Below are positions 45,093 to 56,339 of a stretch of DNA of 64,000 bases, piece after piece. The position numbers were made by a program, and so were the translations under genes. Origin of the DNA: Savitreella phatthalungensis (lineage: Eukaryota); NCBI GenBank assembly GCA_051599415.1, contig AP039695.1, forward strand, positions 62,001-126,000. Direction: 5' to 3'. Below the pieces are notes generated by a model that searched no databases, had not been told where the DNA came from, and saw only the letters and a list, made by a program, of their open reading frames with translations. Numbering within the stretch: the stretch's first letter is position 1; each line of letters begins with the position of its first letter.

Positions 45093-46883
45093 ATGAGCTT
45101 CCTAAATATCCAACCGATGACTTCGGGAGACCCGCGCAAGGCCGGCGCAGAAGGTCTAGTCGGCGGAGATGTCGGCCGCTATAAGGTGGTCGTCCGCCGT
45201 CGCTCATTCTGGGAGACAATGCGCCTGTCTGGTCGTCAGGCGAATCGGCGATACCCGCACGAGGACATGCCAATCGACATCCCCGCACAGTCAACCCGGA
45301 TGCGCAACGATTCCTCTGCATCTCATTCGACTCTCGGCTACGGCTCCACCTGGTCTTCGACCGAGCAGCCACACACAACAGGCGGCATACCTCCTGCCGA
45401 TCACCTGGCTGCAGCCGCGGACGAGGAGACTTGGCTTTTGACGGGTTCCTTGCTAGAGCCACGCAGAGCATTGGTCGAGAGGACGCTGGCGTCTTGGACA
45501 AAACGCATGCTCGTATTTTACATCCTGCCGGCTGCAATCGTTCTCGCCTATGCGGCCATTCCGTTCCCGCTGTACGACGATGAGTCGCGCAGGTCTGGCG
45601 TTGTCACCACAAATTTCTGGTTCTTCCTCCTCATCTTCTATGGTTTTTACAACGCCGTCGGCCTCTTGTGGATCACGAAGCTCTTCAACCTGTTCGCCAT
45701 CAACTGGTGGCCACGCTCTCTAGGCGGCCCACTCGCCTTTGGCCTCTTCTGGGCAGTCTCACTCGCAGTCGGCTCACTCACATATGTCTTCAAGGACGAC
45801 TGGGGTACCTGGACGTTGACCTGGTCACTCCTGACGCTCTGTACACTCGCCATGCCCGTCTTCTTCGGTTTCTTCCACGTCCGCAGGGCACACAACGACA
45901 GGGTTCGAGCAAGTGTAATCTCCCGCCACGCGTCTGGCTCAACCGCAACGAACTCCTACCCTTCCCTGATCTCGGCACTGAACGTGTTCGACTCAGCCAG
46001 ACTCCCGAGGTCGTACAAGCGCTTCCTGTGGTTCGTGCTGCTATTGGCGATCGGCCTCGGCTCATTCGCGCTCGGTGAGGCATACGCATACTTGTGGCTG
46101 TCGACGCTGCCGCACGGTCCAGCGGACACGCTCCTGTACGTGTACACGTGGGTGGGTGTGATCTACACGCTCGACTTTGTGACTGGGTTGGTCGTCGACA
46201 GATACATCGACTCGTACCCGCTCCTGTTCATGTTCAAGCTCTACTACGCCCTCACACACCAAATCTACGTCCGAAACCTGTACGCGCGCATGCACACCCC
46301 TGAGCAATTCGCCCTCCTCCAAGGCGCGTCCTCCCTCCTGACAGTCGTCGTCACTCCCGTGGTCATGCACGGATGGACTCACTACATCGCCAGCCAACTG
46401 TCATACTCGCCAGTATCCTTATCGACCTGGCGTCGAAACGCCGCTCGATCGTTCTACGTGAAATCGTGGGCTGCGAATTTCACCATGATTGCATTCCTCG
46501 GCTGGTGCACCATCCTCTACCTCGGTCCCAACAGGCGGGCCTACCCGTACTTTGACTTCGATTCGCCACTACCCACACCTATCACCACCACCTCCACCTC
46601 CATCGACTGGGACAGACTCCGTCGACCTGGCTCATGGAAGCCGACGACCGGTGACGATCTGTTCAGATTGACGATCGGTGCTAGTGTGTGCGTTTGGTTG
46701 TGTGAAGGTGTGTCTCGGTGGCTTGCCAAGTTGGTCCTGCGGGCGATGTACGGCGTTCGGCCTGAGCGAGAGCTTCGCAGAGATCTCCGGAGATTCCCAG
46801 ACCTACTTCCAGCATCAGTCGTCCTCCTCGTCTTCGTCGCAATCAATATGCTCATGGCTACCGTCAGAGTCGCCTTCCACTGA
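45093..46883 (+). CDS. uncharacterised multi-pass membrane protein
   Basis: About 600-aa ORF with roughly 10 or more hydrophobic segments and strong C-ending codon bias. An alternative in-frame start is possible: ATG 44976 with an intron at 44984-45055 (GTAAGG...CAG). Confidence 0.8.
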   Translation: MSFLNIQPMTSGDPRKAGAEGLVGGDVGRYKVVVRRRSFWETMRLSGRQANRRYPHEDMPIDIPAQSTRMRNDSSASHSTLGYGSTWSSTEQPHTTGGIPPADHLAAAADEETWLLTGSLLEPRRALVERTLASWTKRMLVFYILPAAIVLAYAAIPFPLYDDESRRSGVVTTNFWFFLLIFYGFYNAVGLLWITKLFNLFAINWWPRSLGGPLAFGLFWAVSLAVGSLTYVFKDDWGTWTLTWSLLTLCTLAMPVFFGFFHVRRAHNDRVRASVISRHASGSTATNSYPSLISALNVFDSARLPRSYKRFLWFVLLLAIGLGSFALGEAYAYLWLSTLPHGPADTLLYVYTWVGVIYTLDFVTGLVVDRYIDSYPLLFMFKLYYALTHQIYVRNLYARMHTPEQFALLQGASSLLTVVVTPVVMHGWTHYIASQLSYSPVSLSTWRRNAARSFYVKSWAANFTMIAFLGWCTILYLGPNRRAYPYFDFDSPLPTPITTTSTSIDWDRLRRPGSWKPTTGDDLFRLTIGASVCVWLCEGVSRWLAKLVLRAMYGVRPERELRRDLRRFPDLLPASVVLLVFVAINMLMATVRVAFH

Positions 46884-47051
46884 CAATACGAGCTCTCACG
46901 CCATCACACTCACTACTCACGTACGTATGTATGCCCGCTCTTTTTCCTGCTTACTTGCTTGCTTTCTTCATTTAGTCGAGACGCTATCATACATGACTAC
47001 AACGTTTCTATCCATATCTCTCACCTACGAGCGAAATGAAACAAAACGCAT

Positions 47052-48486
47052 TTATGGCCGCTTGTCCTGGTTTTTGTCTTGACGAGCGTCGTTGTCGGCA
47101 TCGAGGTCGTCTTGTGCTGTGCCTCCGAGGTTTTCTCTTGGGACTTCCTGCATCTGGACGGATGGTGCAAAGACTGTGTGCCTTAAGTTTTCCCTGACCT
47201 GGGTGAGGATCTTGTCGAGGTAGTCGCGCGAGTTCATGTTGTCCATGTTGGAAGGCCGGACGTCTAGCTTGTAGTCAGGTCCAAAGTACTCGTAGTAGTC
47301 GTTGAAGGGGATCTCTGACGAAGGCTCCTCCCCAACAAGCAATCCCGTCTCATACGTCCACGTCCGAGACACGTTCCGCATCGTGTAGCCACCACCGCCG
47401 AGGATCAAGGTCGGCAGGCCGAATTTCTTCACAAACGCCACACACGCAGCGTGGCCGCGCATCGATAGGTTGAAGCACCCTAGACGATCACCCGACAGCG
47501 AGTCTGCGCCACACTGGAGGACGACTGCACCAGGCCGGTAAAAGTCCATGATGGCCTGGATCGTCGGCTGGAAGACAGAGGCGTAGGTCTCGTCTGTGAT
47601 GCCGTCGCGCAGGGGGAAATTGACACTGTACATTTTACCCTTGCCGACGCCGACGTCCCGGAGCTCGCCCGTGCCAGGGAAGTACTCTCCGTATTTGTGG
47701 AAGGAGCACGTCATGACGCGGTCTGTGGTGTAGAAGGCTTCTTCGACACCGTCTCCGTGGTGGACGTCGATGTCGATGTACAGCACACGGTTGTAGTACC
47801 GGAGGAGCTCGATGATGCCGAGCACGATATCGTTCACATAGCAGAATCCTGAGGCTTCACTTTTCTTTGCATGATGAAGACCACCTGCCCAGTTCAGGGC
47901 AATGTCACACTTGCCCCTGTTGAGTCGCGCTGCACCCTCCATGGAACCTCCACCGGAGATTCCGCAAAATTCAAATAAGCCGTCAAAGACAGGACAGTCA
48001 TCGCCGACGTTGACTTGAGAAAGAGGTCAGTAAAGAGACCAAGGGTTGGGAAGACCTGGAAAGGAATAAAGTATGACTTACATCGACCTTGCTCTTTTGC
48101 AAAGTTGTCCATGTTTTCTGGTGTGACTTTTGAGAGGAACTCGACGTATTCGTCTGTATGGAACTGGCACATTTCCTGCTTTGTTGCTGGCTTTGCCCTG
48201 TAGATCTCCATCTTTTTGTATAGACCGTAGTTCATGATGAGGGCGTGTGTCATGCGGATGCGATGTGGTTTCATTGGGTGTCCTGCACCGTAGGCGTAGT
48301 TGCCCACATCGGAGTCATAGAAATATGCGACCTCTGTTTATGATGTGTTAGTCTACCTTGACCGGGAGGGGAGATCTGCATGTAAAAGGGAAACATACTT
48401 GGCTTGGAGACGCCATTCTGAGCGATCGGCTCAAGGAGAGATCCCTGCTGCTGACCTGCACTGCTGAAGGTCGGCAGCGATTCCAT
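47052..48486 (-). CDS. RPD3: class I histone deacetylase Rpd3/Clr6; exons 48486-48399, 48333-48082, 48013-47052
   Basis: [28 protein letters not shown]...[13 protein letters not shown]...[21 protein letters not shown]...DIDVHHGDG...GGGGYT. Introns of 65 nt (GTATGT..CAG) and 68 nt (GTAAGT..AAG). Confidence 0.95.
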
Positions 48487-48543
48487 GTTTGAGCTGGGGA
48501 AATTGTGGATGAGTGAGGATGAGCTTATGGATTATGAGAGATA

Positions 48544-48566
48544 GATGGATGGATGGATGGATGGAC
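48544..48566. repeat. (GATG)n microsatellite upstream of RPD3
   Basis: gatggatggatggatggatgga. Confidence 0.7.
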
Positions 48567-49509
48567 GTGCTGATTGTGATGTGCGCGCAGATCTACCTCT
48601 TCTCGAGCGTGATGGGTGTGTGAGAGCTAATAGAAGCACAGTCGAGTAGCTCGCTGGCTGGCTTGATGAATGTTTGAGTATCTTTGCTTTGTCTTCAAGA
48701 GAGGCTGGTTGAGTAATGTGGATCAGCGTGGATGAGATGGGGGATGAGTATGGGTGAAGGTGTGAGCGTAGAGTGCAATTATGGAGAGAGACAGAGACAA
48801 AGCCTGAAGCGTTCTTTTGGATCAAACACGTGATTGAATATCTGTTCTTGTTCTTCTCACTTAAATTAGTTTGTGTGAATGCATGGATGGTGTATCAGGA
48901 TAGTCAGCTATAGCTAGCTAAATTATATGTATATATACTATACTGATACATCTCTAAAGATTAAAATGCCTCAATATATGTAGCTTTATATTCAGGTGAT
49001 CTACTGGAAAGCTATACAGATGCTATTGCTTTTCTAAGGATCACTTCATATTTCCTTAATTCCAAAGTCTGATCAAGTGAAATGTTTGTTGAGTCACGTG
49101 TACGCCACCATCAAAAAAGATTTATCATCTAGCACGTGCATCTTTCTAGGGTAAGTTCCCCTGATCCACTTACCATCATCCATCCACTACCACTACCACT
49201 ACCATCACACTCATTCCCTACTCTCCTCCCAGGGTCTACGTCTCTCTCCTACTCTCTTCCTCTGTTGTTTCCCCCTCCACAAGAGCGCCTGATCAACTGT
49301 GCTAGACTTCTCGGTAACTCGGTGGCTTCTTCTAGAAGACAAATCTCCAAAGACATCAGGAAACCCCGGCTTCTTCGTACTCAAAGAGTCGCATCAAATA
49401 ACTTAGGTCTCTCCCTTCTCACCACCTAGTTACCTCGAACCTCCTCCTCATCATCATCAATATCTCTCGACTCTCCTAGATCAACCTTTGATTCCGTCCA
49501 AAGATCAAA

Positions 49510-51408
49510 ATGACCTCAAACGGATACCTCGACCCGAAGGACGCAGAGTCGGTCCTTGCCACCTATCCTTCTCGTGATGGCGCCTCAGCTGCCGAGCTCA
49601 TGGCAGACGCAGGACAGAACGGTCTCACCTACCAGGATCTCCTCGTCCTCCCAGGCTTCATCGACTTTGGCGCAAAGGACGTCTCCCTCGAATCACGCGT
49701 CACACGCAACATCGTCCTCAAGACTCCTTTCATGTCCTCACCCATGGACACAGTTACCGAGAGTGACATGGCCATCAACATCGCGCTCCTCGGCGGTATC
49801 GGTATAATTCACCACAACAACACAGCAGAGGAACAGGCAGCCATGGTCAAACTCGTCAAGAAGTTTGAGAACGGATTCATCGTTGACCCCATCGTCCTCT
49901 CACCGTCAGCTAAGGTTAGTGACGTCCGCCGCATCAAGGAGACCGCTGGCTTCTCCGGACTACCCGTCACAGGTAAGTTGATCCTTCCACAAACATTCAC
50001 CCTCATGTAAGCTCGCTATTCGTCCGACCCTTCCATCAACCTCTTGTTCTTTCCTCGGTATTCTTGCTGGGCAGCGATGAACAACCCTTGATTTCATTAA
50101 CTTTCGTTCTACCGTAAAGGCTGAAAACGGCCTTGGGGAGAAATAAGACAACGTTGCTGAGCCTACGAGAAGCATGTCCGAGAGGAACAAGAAGCCGAGC
50201 ATTGGAAGAGAGAGGAAACAATCTTGTACATGACGGCCGAGTGCTAGATTTTCCATGAAGGAGTCCATACTGACAGAAGCTTAGACACCGGCAAGCTTGG
50301 TGGCAAATTGCTCGGCATTATTACTTCCCGCGACGTCGCCTTCCACTCAGACCTCAACTCACCTGTGTCTGAAGTGATGACGACAAACCTGGTGACCGCT
50401 CAGCAGGGCATCGCTCTCAAGGAAGCCAACGAGATCCTTCGCAAGTCCAAGAAGGGAAAGCTGCCGATCGTCGACGCTGACGGCAACCTTCGCGCCCTGC
50501 TCTCGCGCTCCGACCTGATGAAGAACCTGAACTTCCCGCTCGCTTCCAAGCTGCCGGAATCCAAGCAGCTTTACTGTGGTGCTGCGATTGGCACGCGTGA
50601 GCACGACCGCGCTCGCCTCGCCCTCCTGGCAGAGTCGGGACTCGACCTCGTCGTCCTCGATTCATCCCAGGGCAACTCCGTCTTCCAGATCGAGATGGTC
50701 AAGTGGATCAAGGCCAACCACCCACAGATCGACGTGATCGCAGGCAACGTCGTCACGCGCGAGCAGGCCGCAAAGCTGATCGCAGCAGGCGCAGACGGTC
50801 TCCGAGTCGGTATGGGCTCCGGCTCGATCTGTATCACTCAGGAAGTCATGGCGTGTGGCCGGCCGCAGGCGACCGCCGTTTACCAGGTCTCTGAATTCGC
50901 TTCCCGATTCGGCGTGCCTACAGTCGCCGACGGTGGTCTTAAGAACGCCGGCGATGTGGTCAAGGCACTCGCACTCGGCGCATCAGCCGTCATGATGGGA
51001 TCGATGCTGGCAGCCTGCTCTGAGGCTCCCGGAGACGTGATCTACCAGAACGGTCAGCGTGTCAAGGTGTACCGCGGCATGGGCTCGATTGCCGCGATGG
51101 AGCACCAGAAATCTCAAACGGCAGACAACGCCGCCGCCGGCCGATACTACTCTGAGGACGACAACATCCGCGTCGCCCAGGGCGTCACTGGCTACGTCGC
51201 AGAGAAGGGCTCGATCAGAGAGTACCTGCCATACCTGAACACTGCCATCCAGCACTCGATGCAGGACATCGGCGTCCGTTCACTCAACCTCCTCCGCTCA
51301 GGCACGCGCGAAGGCACAGTCCGCTTCCAGCTCAGATCTTCAGCAGGTATTCTCGAAGGTGGCGTCTCAGGCCTCTCGTCCGTCAACAAGCAGCTCTACT
51401 CTGCCTAA
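49510..51408 (+). CDS. gua1: inosine-5'-monophosphate dehydrogenase; exons 49510-49972 and 50285-51408
   Basis: [12 protein letters not shown] pair, DSSQGNS, catalytic [22 protein letters not shown]. The 312-nt intron GTAAGT...ACTGAC...TAG restores [16 protein letters not shown]. Confidence 0.96.
50069..50164 (+). ncRNA. snR54: intron-encoded box C/D snoRNA, snR54/SNORD59-like (18S rRNA 2'-O-methylation guide)
   Basis: C-like box GCGATGA 50074-50080. Guide TAACTTTCGTTCT 50098-50110 is complementary to conserved 18S AGAACGAAAGUUA. D box CTGA 50157-50160, short GGC/GCC terminal stem, and flanking intronic stem 50043-50058/50178-50191. Host is IMPDH, as for S. cerevisiae snR54 in IMD4. Confidence 0.8.
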
Positions 51409-51451
51409 ACCACATAATGTACATACAAATCATTACACAAACCTGTCTCAA

Positions 51452-54079
51452 CTAGATATCTAGAAACACGTTGTCCACCGTCGTCCCACGCAGCGTCAAC
51501 CGCTTGACTTCTTTACCCTTCACCCGCTCCTCCTCCCCGACCTCCGAGCCCTTGTTACCAGTCACCAAGACAACCTTCCCTGGCTCTCTCAACACCGTGA
51601 ACGCTTCTGGATTCTGTACCATGACCAACGGTGGGAGATCCGTTTCACCCCCACCGAATTCGAACTCTTGGGTCTGTGGAAGACCTGTGTGGGATGTTGT
51701 CGGTGGTAGATCTGTATCGATCAATGTGGGCTGAACGGATTGGTGGTTGGAGGCAGGATCGATAACGATGACGAGTTTGATGTGAGCGACAGCGGACATG
51801 GCAACGACCTTGTCGAGGAACGAGCATCCGCCACCTCTCAGCACGACGGCGGCCACAGCGTCCGAGTGCCGGCCTGCTTTGGCCGAGGCCGGCGTCATGC
51901 AACCGAATCGATCGGCAGTGTAGATGAACGACTTGATTGTGAGGGGTTCTGTCGGTGGCACGTGGATGCGTGTGCGGAGCAGGGATTGTGGAGCGTTGGC
52001 GAGGGTGGCTACAACGCTCTCGCCCGTGGTTGGCAAGCTCGAGTCGCCGACGCTGAATAACGCAACGCCATCGCCAACGCGCACGATTGACGGAAATTGC
52101 AGCGATGCTGCAGGGACCGTCTGGTTTGGGGAATCGGTGTCTGTTGAGGTGGGTGGGGTGTTGGGCATTGGTGGTGGTGTAAGGAAGGTCTCGAATTCCG
52201 GGTCGGCGATCGTGACTGTTTCTTCCTGCAGGATCTTCCGCGTCAGGCCGAGTCTGGAGGCGCGGAGGGTGTGATTGGCAGTCCGCTCGAATCTGATCCG
52301 TAGACCACGCAACTTGGAAATGATGAGCGACGTGCCCTGCTGAATCACAGCAGACGCAACGTCCAAGAGCACAGAAGCCATCGTGCCGAAGAAGATGTCC
52401 ATGTCTGGCGTCGTCGCTAGCGCGTGAGACTGCGCGTGTGGGTGTGGGTAGACTCCATGGGCTTGCAGGTATTCGTCAGTCTCCAGTGGCATATGATTGA
52501 CTGCGTGGAAAGCGGCAAAGTAGCGTGGACTAGACATCGCTGCGGAGTATAAGCCTCGAACAGGCTGTACCTCACAGACAGCACCCGATGTGAAGTTTCC
52601 ACCAGCTGCACTTACGCCTGGACTACTGTCGACTGAGAATGGATGTCCCTCTGTAGAAAGGACCGTGGTCCGATCGTCATTATTTGGGTTGTCGTCATCA
52701 AACAGGAGATACAGGTATTTAAGCGTTTCTGAAAGAACAAAGGATTCCATGCGGTCCTCCTGCGTGCCCGTGACGACATTTGCTAAGGAGGCGAAGCCGC
52801 AGGAGGTCTTGGTTCTTGACTCGAGATCATCGAGGACTTGCTCGCCAACGGCGAGAAAGAAGGGATCGCGAGTGGCGCGGTACAGGAGATAGGTGCTCTC
52901 GATGAATTCGGGCCGTAGCGGCCACCATGCGAGGTCGGCCTGACGACTGACAAGGTCGAATCGTTCGGGAATCGCATGAAATCTCTGCCAGAGCGCATAG
53001 TAGAACATGTGAAGTGCCCTTGCCTCTTCAACGTCTCCGGAGAGGACGAGGAGGCCGGCGTAGAATGCAGAGAGTGCATCTGCGTAGTTTGTGAGGGCCA
53101 TGCCGTTGCGGAGGTGGACGACACGAGGAGCTGACATGCGCTCGCTGTAGACTGACTGTCGGATGGCTTCATGTGCGGCTTCCCAGACGTCGAGGTAGAA
53201 CGGGTCGCGGAGCATGACGTGCGCCTTAAGTGCATACTCGTAGAATGAGTCCACACCGGCGCCAATCCCAGTGTAGTACGTCGTCCAGGCACCTGTCTCG
53301 CTGTCGAGTGTATTCCCAACAAGCCCCAACTCCATCCGTCTATCCCAGACTGCGCGGAACGCAGCTTCCGCATGGACCCTGTACTTCGGGTCCCCTGTGA
53401 GACGCGACAGCATCGCAAACTCGAGCACGAGCGTGCCTGCACCTGCCGCACACGTCTCGTTGTGATCTGCATGGACGCCTAGGCCGGCTGGGCCGTGTCG
53501 AAGGTTAGTGCGCGGGCGTGGGATGGCGGATGCGGTGTCGAATGCTGCCAACAGCCTGTCGCCGAGGTCCTCTGCGAGCGGGAGCAGCTCGCCGGCGTAC
53601 CACCCTCGGTACTCGTCCCGCGTCGACGCGATCTCGTGCGCCGCAATCAGGCCACCGAGTACCCGGATGTTCACCTCAAACACCTGCACCACCACATCCA
53701 GATCGAACTTGTCCCTGCCAAGGTACGCGACCACGTCCCCGACAGCTTCTCTGAATCGAGCGTGCTCCCCGAGCATCGCAAGCGCATCGAGAGCGTCGAT
53801 CAAGGTCATGGCGAAGCCGCCGCAGATGTCGTTGACTGAGGAAGCGAGCGTGTCAGGTGGATCTCGCTCCATGGGCTTGCATGAGATGGGCCTGAGCTCA
53901 TCTGCAGGGAAGGCATGGGTCATGTAGTTGTCGAAGGCGTGGAAGAAGAGGTCCTTGGTACGGTCACGCAGGATGTCCCGCCGGCTGGGGGACGACGCCG
54001 TGACTGATCCCGTCGGCAAAGATGAGAGCAAGCACAGTAGTATGGTAATGGTGCTGTACAGCCATGTCGTAATGCCCAT
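51452..54079 (-). CDS. MNL1: GH47 alpha-1,2-mannosidase-like ERAD factor (EDEM/Htm1/Mnl1) with PA-like domain
   Basis: Signal peptide, AFPADELRPISC, QVFEVNIRVLGGL, ETCAAGAGTLVLEF, GIGAGVDSFYEY, PLRPEFIESTY, MESFVLSETLKYLYLLF, STEGH. C-terminal RGGGCSFLDK is PA-like. First ATG is at 54079. Confidence 0.9.
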   Translation of the reverse strand: MGITTWLYSTITILLCLLSSLPTGSVTASSPSRRDILRDRTKDLFFHAFDNYMTHAFPADELRPISCKPMERDPPDTLASSVNDICGGFAMTLIDALDALAMLGEHARFREAVGDVVAYLGRDKFDLDVVVQVFEVNIRVLGGLIAAHEIASTRDEYRGWYAGELLPLAEDLGDRLLAAFDTASAIPRPRTNLRHGPAGLGVHADHNETCAAGAGTLVLEFAMLSRLTGDPKYRVHAEAAFRAVWDRRMELGLVGNTLDSETGAWTTYYTGIGAGVDSFYEYALKAHVMLRDPFYLDVWEAAHEAIRQSVYSERMSAPRVVHLRNGMALTNYADALSAFYAGLLVLSGDVEEARALHMFYYALWQRFHAIPERFDLVSRQADLAWWPLRPEFIESTYLLYRATRDPFFLAVGEQVLDDLESRTKTSCGFASLANVVTGTQEDRMESFVLSETLKYLYLLFDDDNPNNDDRTTVLSTEGHPFSVDSSPGVSAAGGNFTSGAVCEVQPVRGLYSAAMSSPRYFAAFHAVNHMPLETDEYLQAHGVYPHPHAQSHALATTPDMDIFFGTMASVLLDVASAVIQQGTSLIISKLRGLRIRFERTANHTLRASRLGLTRKILQEETVTIADPEFETFLTPPPMPNTPPTSTDTDSPNQTVPAASLQFPSIVRVGDGVALFSVGDSSLPTTGESVVATLANAPQSLLRTRIHVPPTEPLTIKSFIYTADRFGCMTPASAKAGRHSDAVAAVVLRGGGCSFLDKVVAMSAVAHIKLVIVIDPASNHQSVQPTLIDTDLPPTTSHTGLPQTQEFEFGGGETDLPPLVMVQNPEAFTVLREPGKVVLVTGNKGSEVGEEERVKGKEVKRLTLRGTTVDNVFLDI

Positions 54080-54415
54080 GCCATCGATGATGGCTCTATC
54101 CAAGATAGGTCTCAAGACAATACGTGTCGACTAAGTTATTTGGCCACTTCTAGGTCACACATCGTCCACAGTTTTGCATTGCATGGACATTTCGAACGAC
54201 GTCACGCGAATGTTGCAGCCGTCTGTGAGATCCACATGAAAATGAAATAAACTGGGTCGCGGTCGCAAAGGTGACATCGAAGCTCCAGACGCAAACAGGC
54301 TTGTAGCAGTGTTCAGCATTTGTTCAGGATGGGTCGAGATTGTCTGAGACTTTTCATTATCTATCGGAATCTTTAGAGCAAAACTGATCCACTGTGTTTG
54401 CACATCACTAGGAGC

Positions 54416-55948
54416 CTAGTGCTCGAGGATGCTCAGGTTGCCTGTGATGACACAGTTTTCGAGCACAGAGCCGTTGGGCAGCTCGATGCTTTGTCCGTCG
54501 TTGCAGACGATGATAACAGTGCCCTTGAGGGTGATGTTGCGGCCAAACTTGACGTTACCAGTAACAGTCAGGTGGTCGAGCTCGATGATCTTCGGAATGG
54601 TAGGGATCCGCTTCTGGAACTCAGACACCTTCTTGAAGTGGGAGCCGAGCTTGATGAGTGGGTTGCCGCCGAAACGCTTTCCGTCGATCGTCAGCTCTCC
54701 GTGAGAAAGGGTGAAGAGGTCAGACTTGACGAGCATCAGATCAGACGATGCCTTGACCGGCAAGAAACGACGACGGGGCACGTTGACACCGTGTGCGTTC
54801 TTGAAGTGCTTGATCGCAGCACCGATGGCCGTCTCAATCTGGATAATCGGCACGTCGGACTCGCCCTTCTTGTCGGCTGGGATCGACTTGAAATTCGGGA
54901 TGATCTCGAGTGAAAGCTCGTTGTTCTCGACCACACGCTGCATGGCCTTGAGGTTAGCCCAGATATTGTTGGTGTTGAAGTACTTGAACTTCTTGATGCT
55001 CTTGAACTCCTCAGTGTACTGTGCGGGCACCTGAGCAATCTCGAGAAGACGGACTTGACCATTGTAATTGATGATCGTTCCACCCTTGACGTCGGCCTTT
55101 GTCTTGTCTGTGAGCTCCATGACGTACTCTGCCTCGCTCTTGATGAAGTGAGAGAGCAGGTTGAGGTCGACGACAGCGCCAAGGTTGTCGACGTTGGAGA
55201 TGAAAACAACCTCCTTACCCATGTCGATGAGCTGCTGGAGGATGCCTGCGTTGTACATGGACTCGAAGATGTCACCATGTCCAGGTGGGTACCAGTCACC
55301 AATGGGAGACTGAGCGGAGCGCGGAACTGGCAGAAGAGAGTCCTTGTGGACACGTGGGTAACGGGATTGGTTGAAGGTCATGATGTCGATGTTGTGGCCC
55401 TCGTACTTCTTGATGATGCGTGCGGTGTCCTCGTCCGTGTTGAAAGAGTTCATGAGGACGAAGGGAACGTTGACGTTGTACTTGCGGTTGAGGTGCTCGA
55501 TCTGACGGACGGACAAGTCAAGGAAGGTGTTACCGTCACGGACTTCGATGATGGATTTTGGTCCAACGCAGCCCATCGAAGTGCCGAGACCACCGTTGAG
55601 CTTGAGCACGACGAGCTTGTCGAGGAAGCTGGTCGCGGATGCATCCTCTTCGAGTGTGTCATAGTCGACCACTTCCTTGCTGTCTGGAGACTTGACTGCC
55701 TCCCAGTTGATCTTCTCTCCCTTTGCACGTTCTGTGAGGTATCGGCGGAAGAGGGAGAAGAAGTTGTCCATCTCGACCTCGAACAGCTTGCGCTGGGATG
55801 GGTCCTGGACGGACTCGACGAGACGGTTCAGCTCATTGCGCATGGATGATGCGGATTGTGAAACTGCGGTGTTGTCGAAAGCGACGTGAGACTGTGAGCG
55901 TTCGTGCTGCTTTGTGCCGGACGGCGGAGCAGTGGTAGAAGCAGACAT
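54416..55948 (-). CDS. UGP1: UTP--glucose-1-phosphate uridylyltransferase
   Basis: [43 protein letters not shown]-terminal ILEH. Confidence 0.97.
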   Translation of the reverse strand: MSASTTAPPSGTKQHERSQSHVAFDNTAVSQSASSMRNELNRLVESVQDPSQRKLFEVEMDNFFSLFRRYLTERAKGEKINWEAVKSPDSKEVVDYDTLEEDASATSFLDKLVVLKLNGGLGTSMGCVGPKSIIEVRDGNTFLDLSVRQIEHLNRKYNVNVPFVLMNSFNTDEDTARIIKKYEGHNIDIMTFNQSRYPRVHKDSLLPVPRSAQSPIGDWYPPGHGDIFESMYNAGILQQLIDMGKEVVFISNVDNLGAVVDLNLLSHFIKSEAEYVMELTDKTKADVKGGTIINYNGQVRLLEIAQVPAQYTEEFKSIKKFKYFNTNNIWANLKAMQRVVENNELSLEIIPNFKSIPADKKGESDVPIIQIETAIGAAIKHFKNAHGVNVPRRRFLPVKASSDLMLVKSDLFTLSHGELTIDGKRFGGNPLIKLGSHFKKVSEFQKRIPTIPKIIELDHLTVTGNVKFGRNITLKGTVIIVCNDGQSIELPNGSVLENCVITGNLSILEH

Positions 55949-56281
55949 GATTTTCAGAGATTGATCGTTGATCTGTCTGTGGATCAGGTTTGGAGATGCG
56001 GATAGCGTAGGAAGTCAGAGAAGGTAGCCGTAGAAGTGACTCACAACGGCTTAGGGTCTGTGTCTGTGACTGTCTCTGTGTGTATGAGTGGAAGCGTACA
56101 GTGTAATTGTTGCCGTCGCCGTTGCTGAAGAATTGATTATGGCGTTAGATGGTGTTCTATCTGTGACGATTGATTGTAGCTAGCGAGGATAGGGTTGCAG
56201 TAGTTCGAAGAGTGCTAGCACTGTGATGGTAGAGATGTCTGGTGTGTAGGTGTCTCGGTGTCTCGGTGTCTAGGTGCGTAA

Positions 56282-56339
56282 CTGAGTGAGTCGGTGAGTG
56301 AGTGAAGCAGTGAGAGAGAGTGACTGAGTGACTGAGTGA
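56282..56339. repeat. degenerate (GTGA/GAGT)n low-complexity tract upstream of UGP1
   Basis: ctgagtgagtcggtgagtgagtgaagcagtgagagagagtgactgagtgactgagtga. Confidence 0.55.

Noticed and set aside
54155..54415. In-frame extension after the UGP1 stop
   Set aside because: UGP1 ends at the canonical ILEH and the extension has no recognisable signal.
55055..55849. Long antisense ORFs over UGP1 (also over FRS2 58802-59464, the amidohydrolase 8668-9291 and spc7 62825-63724)
   Set aside because: Expected shadows of codon bias in the real genes; no motifs.
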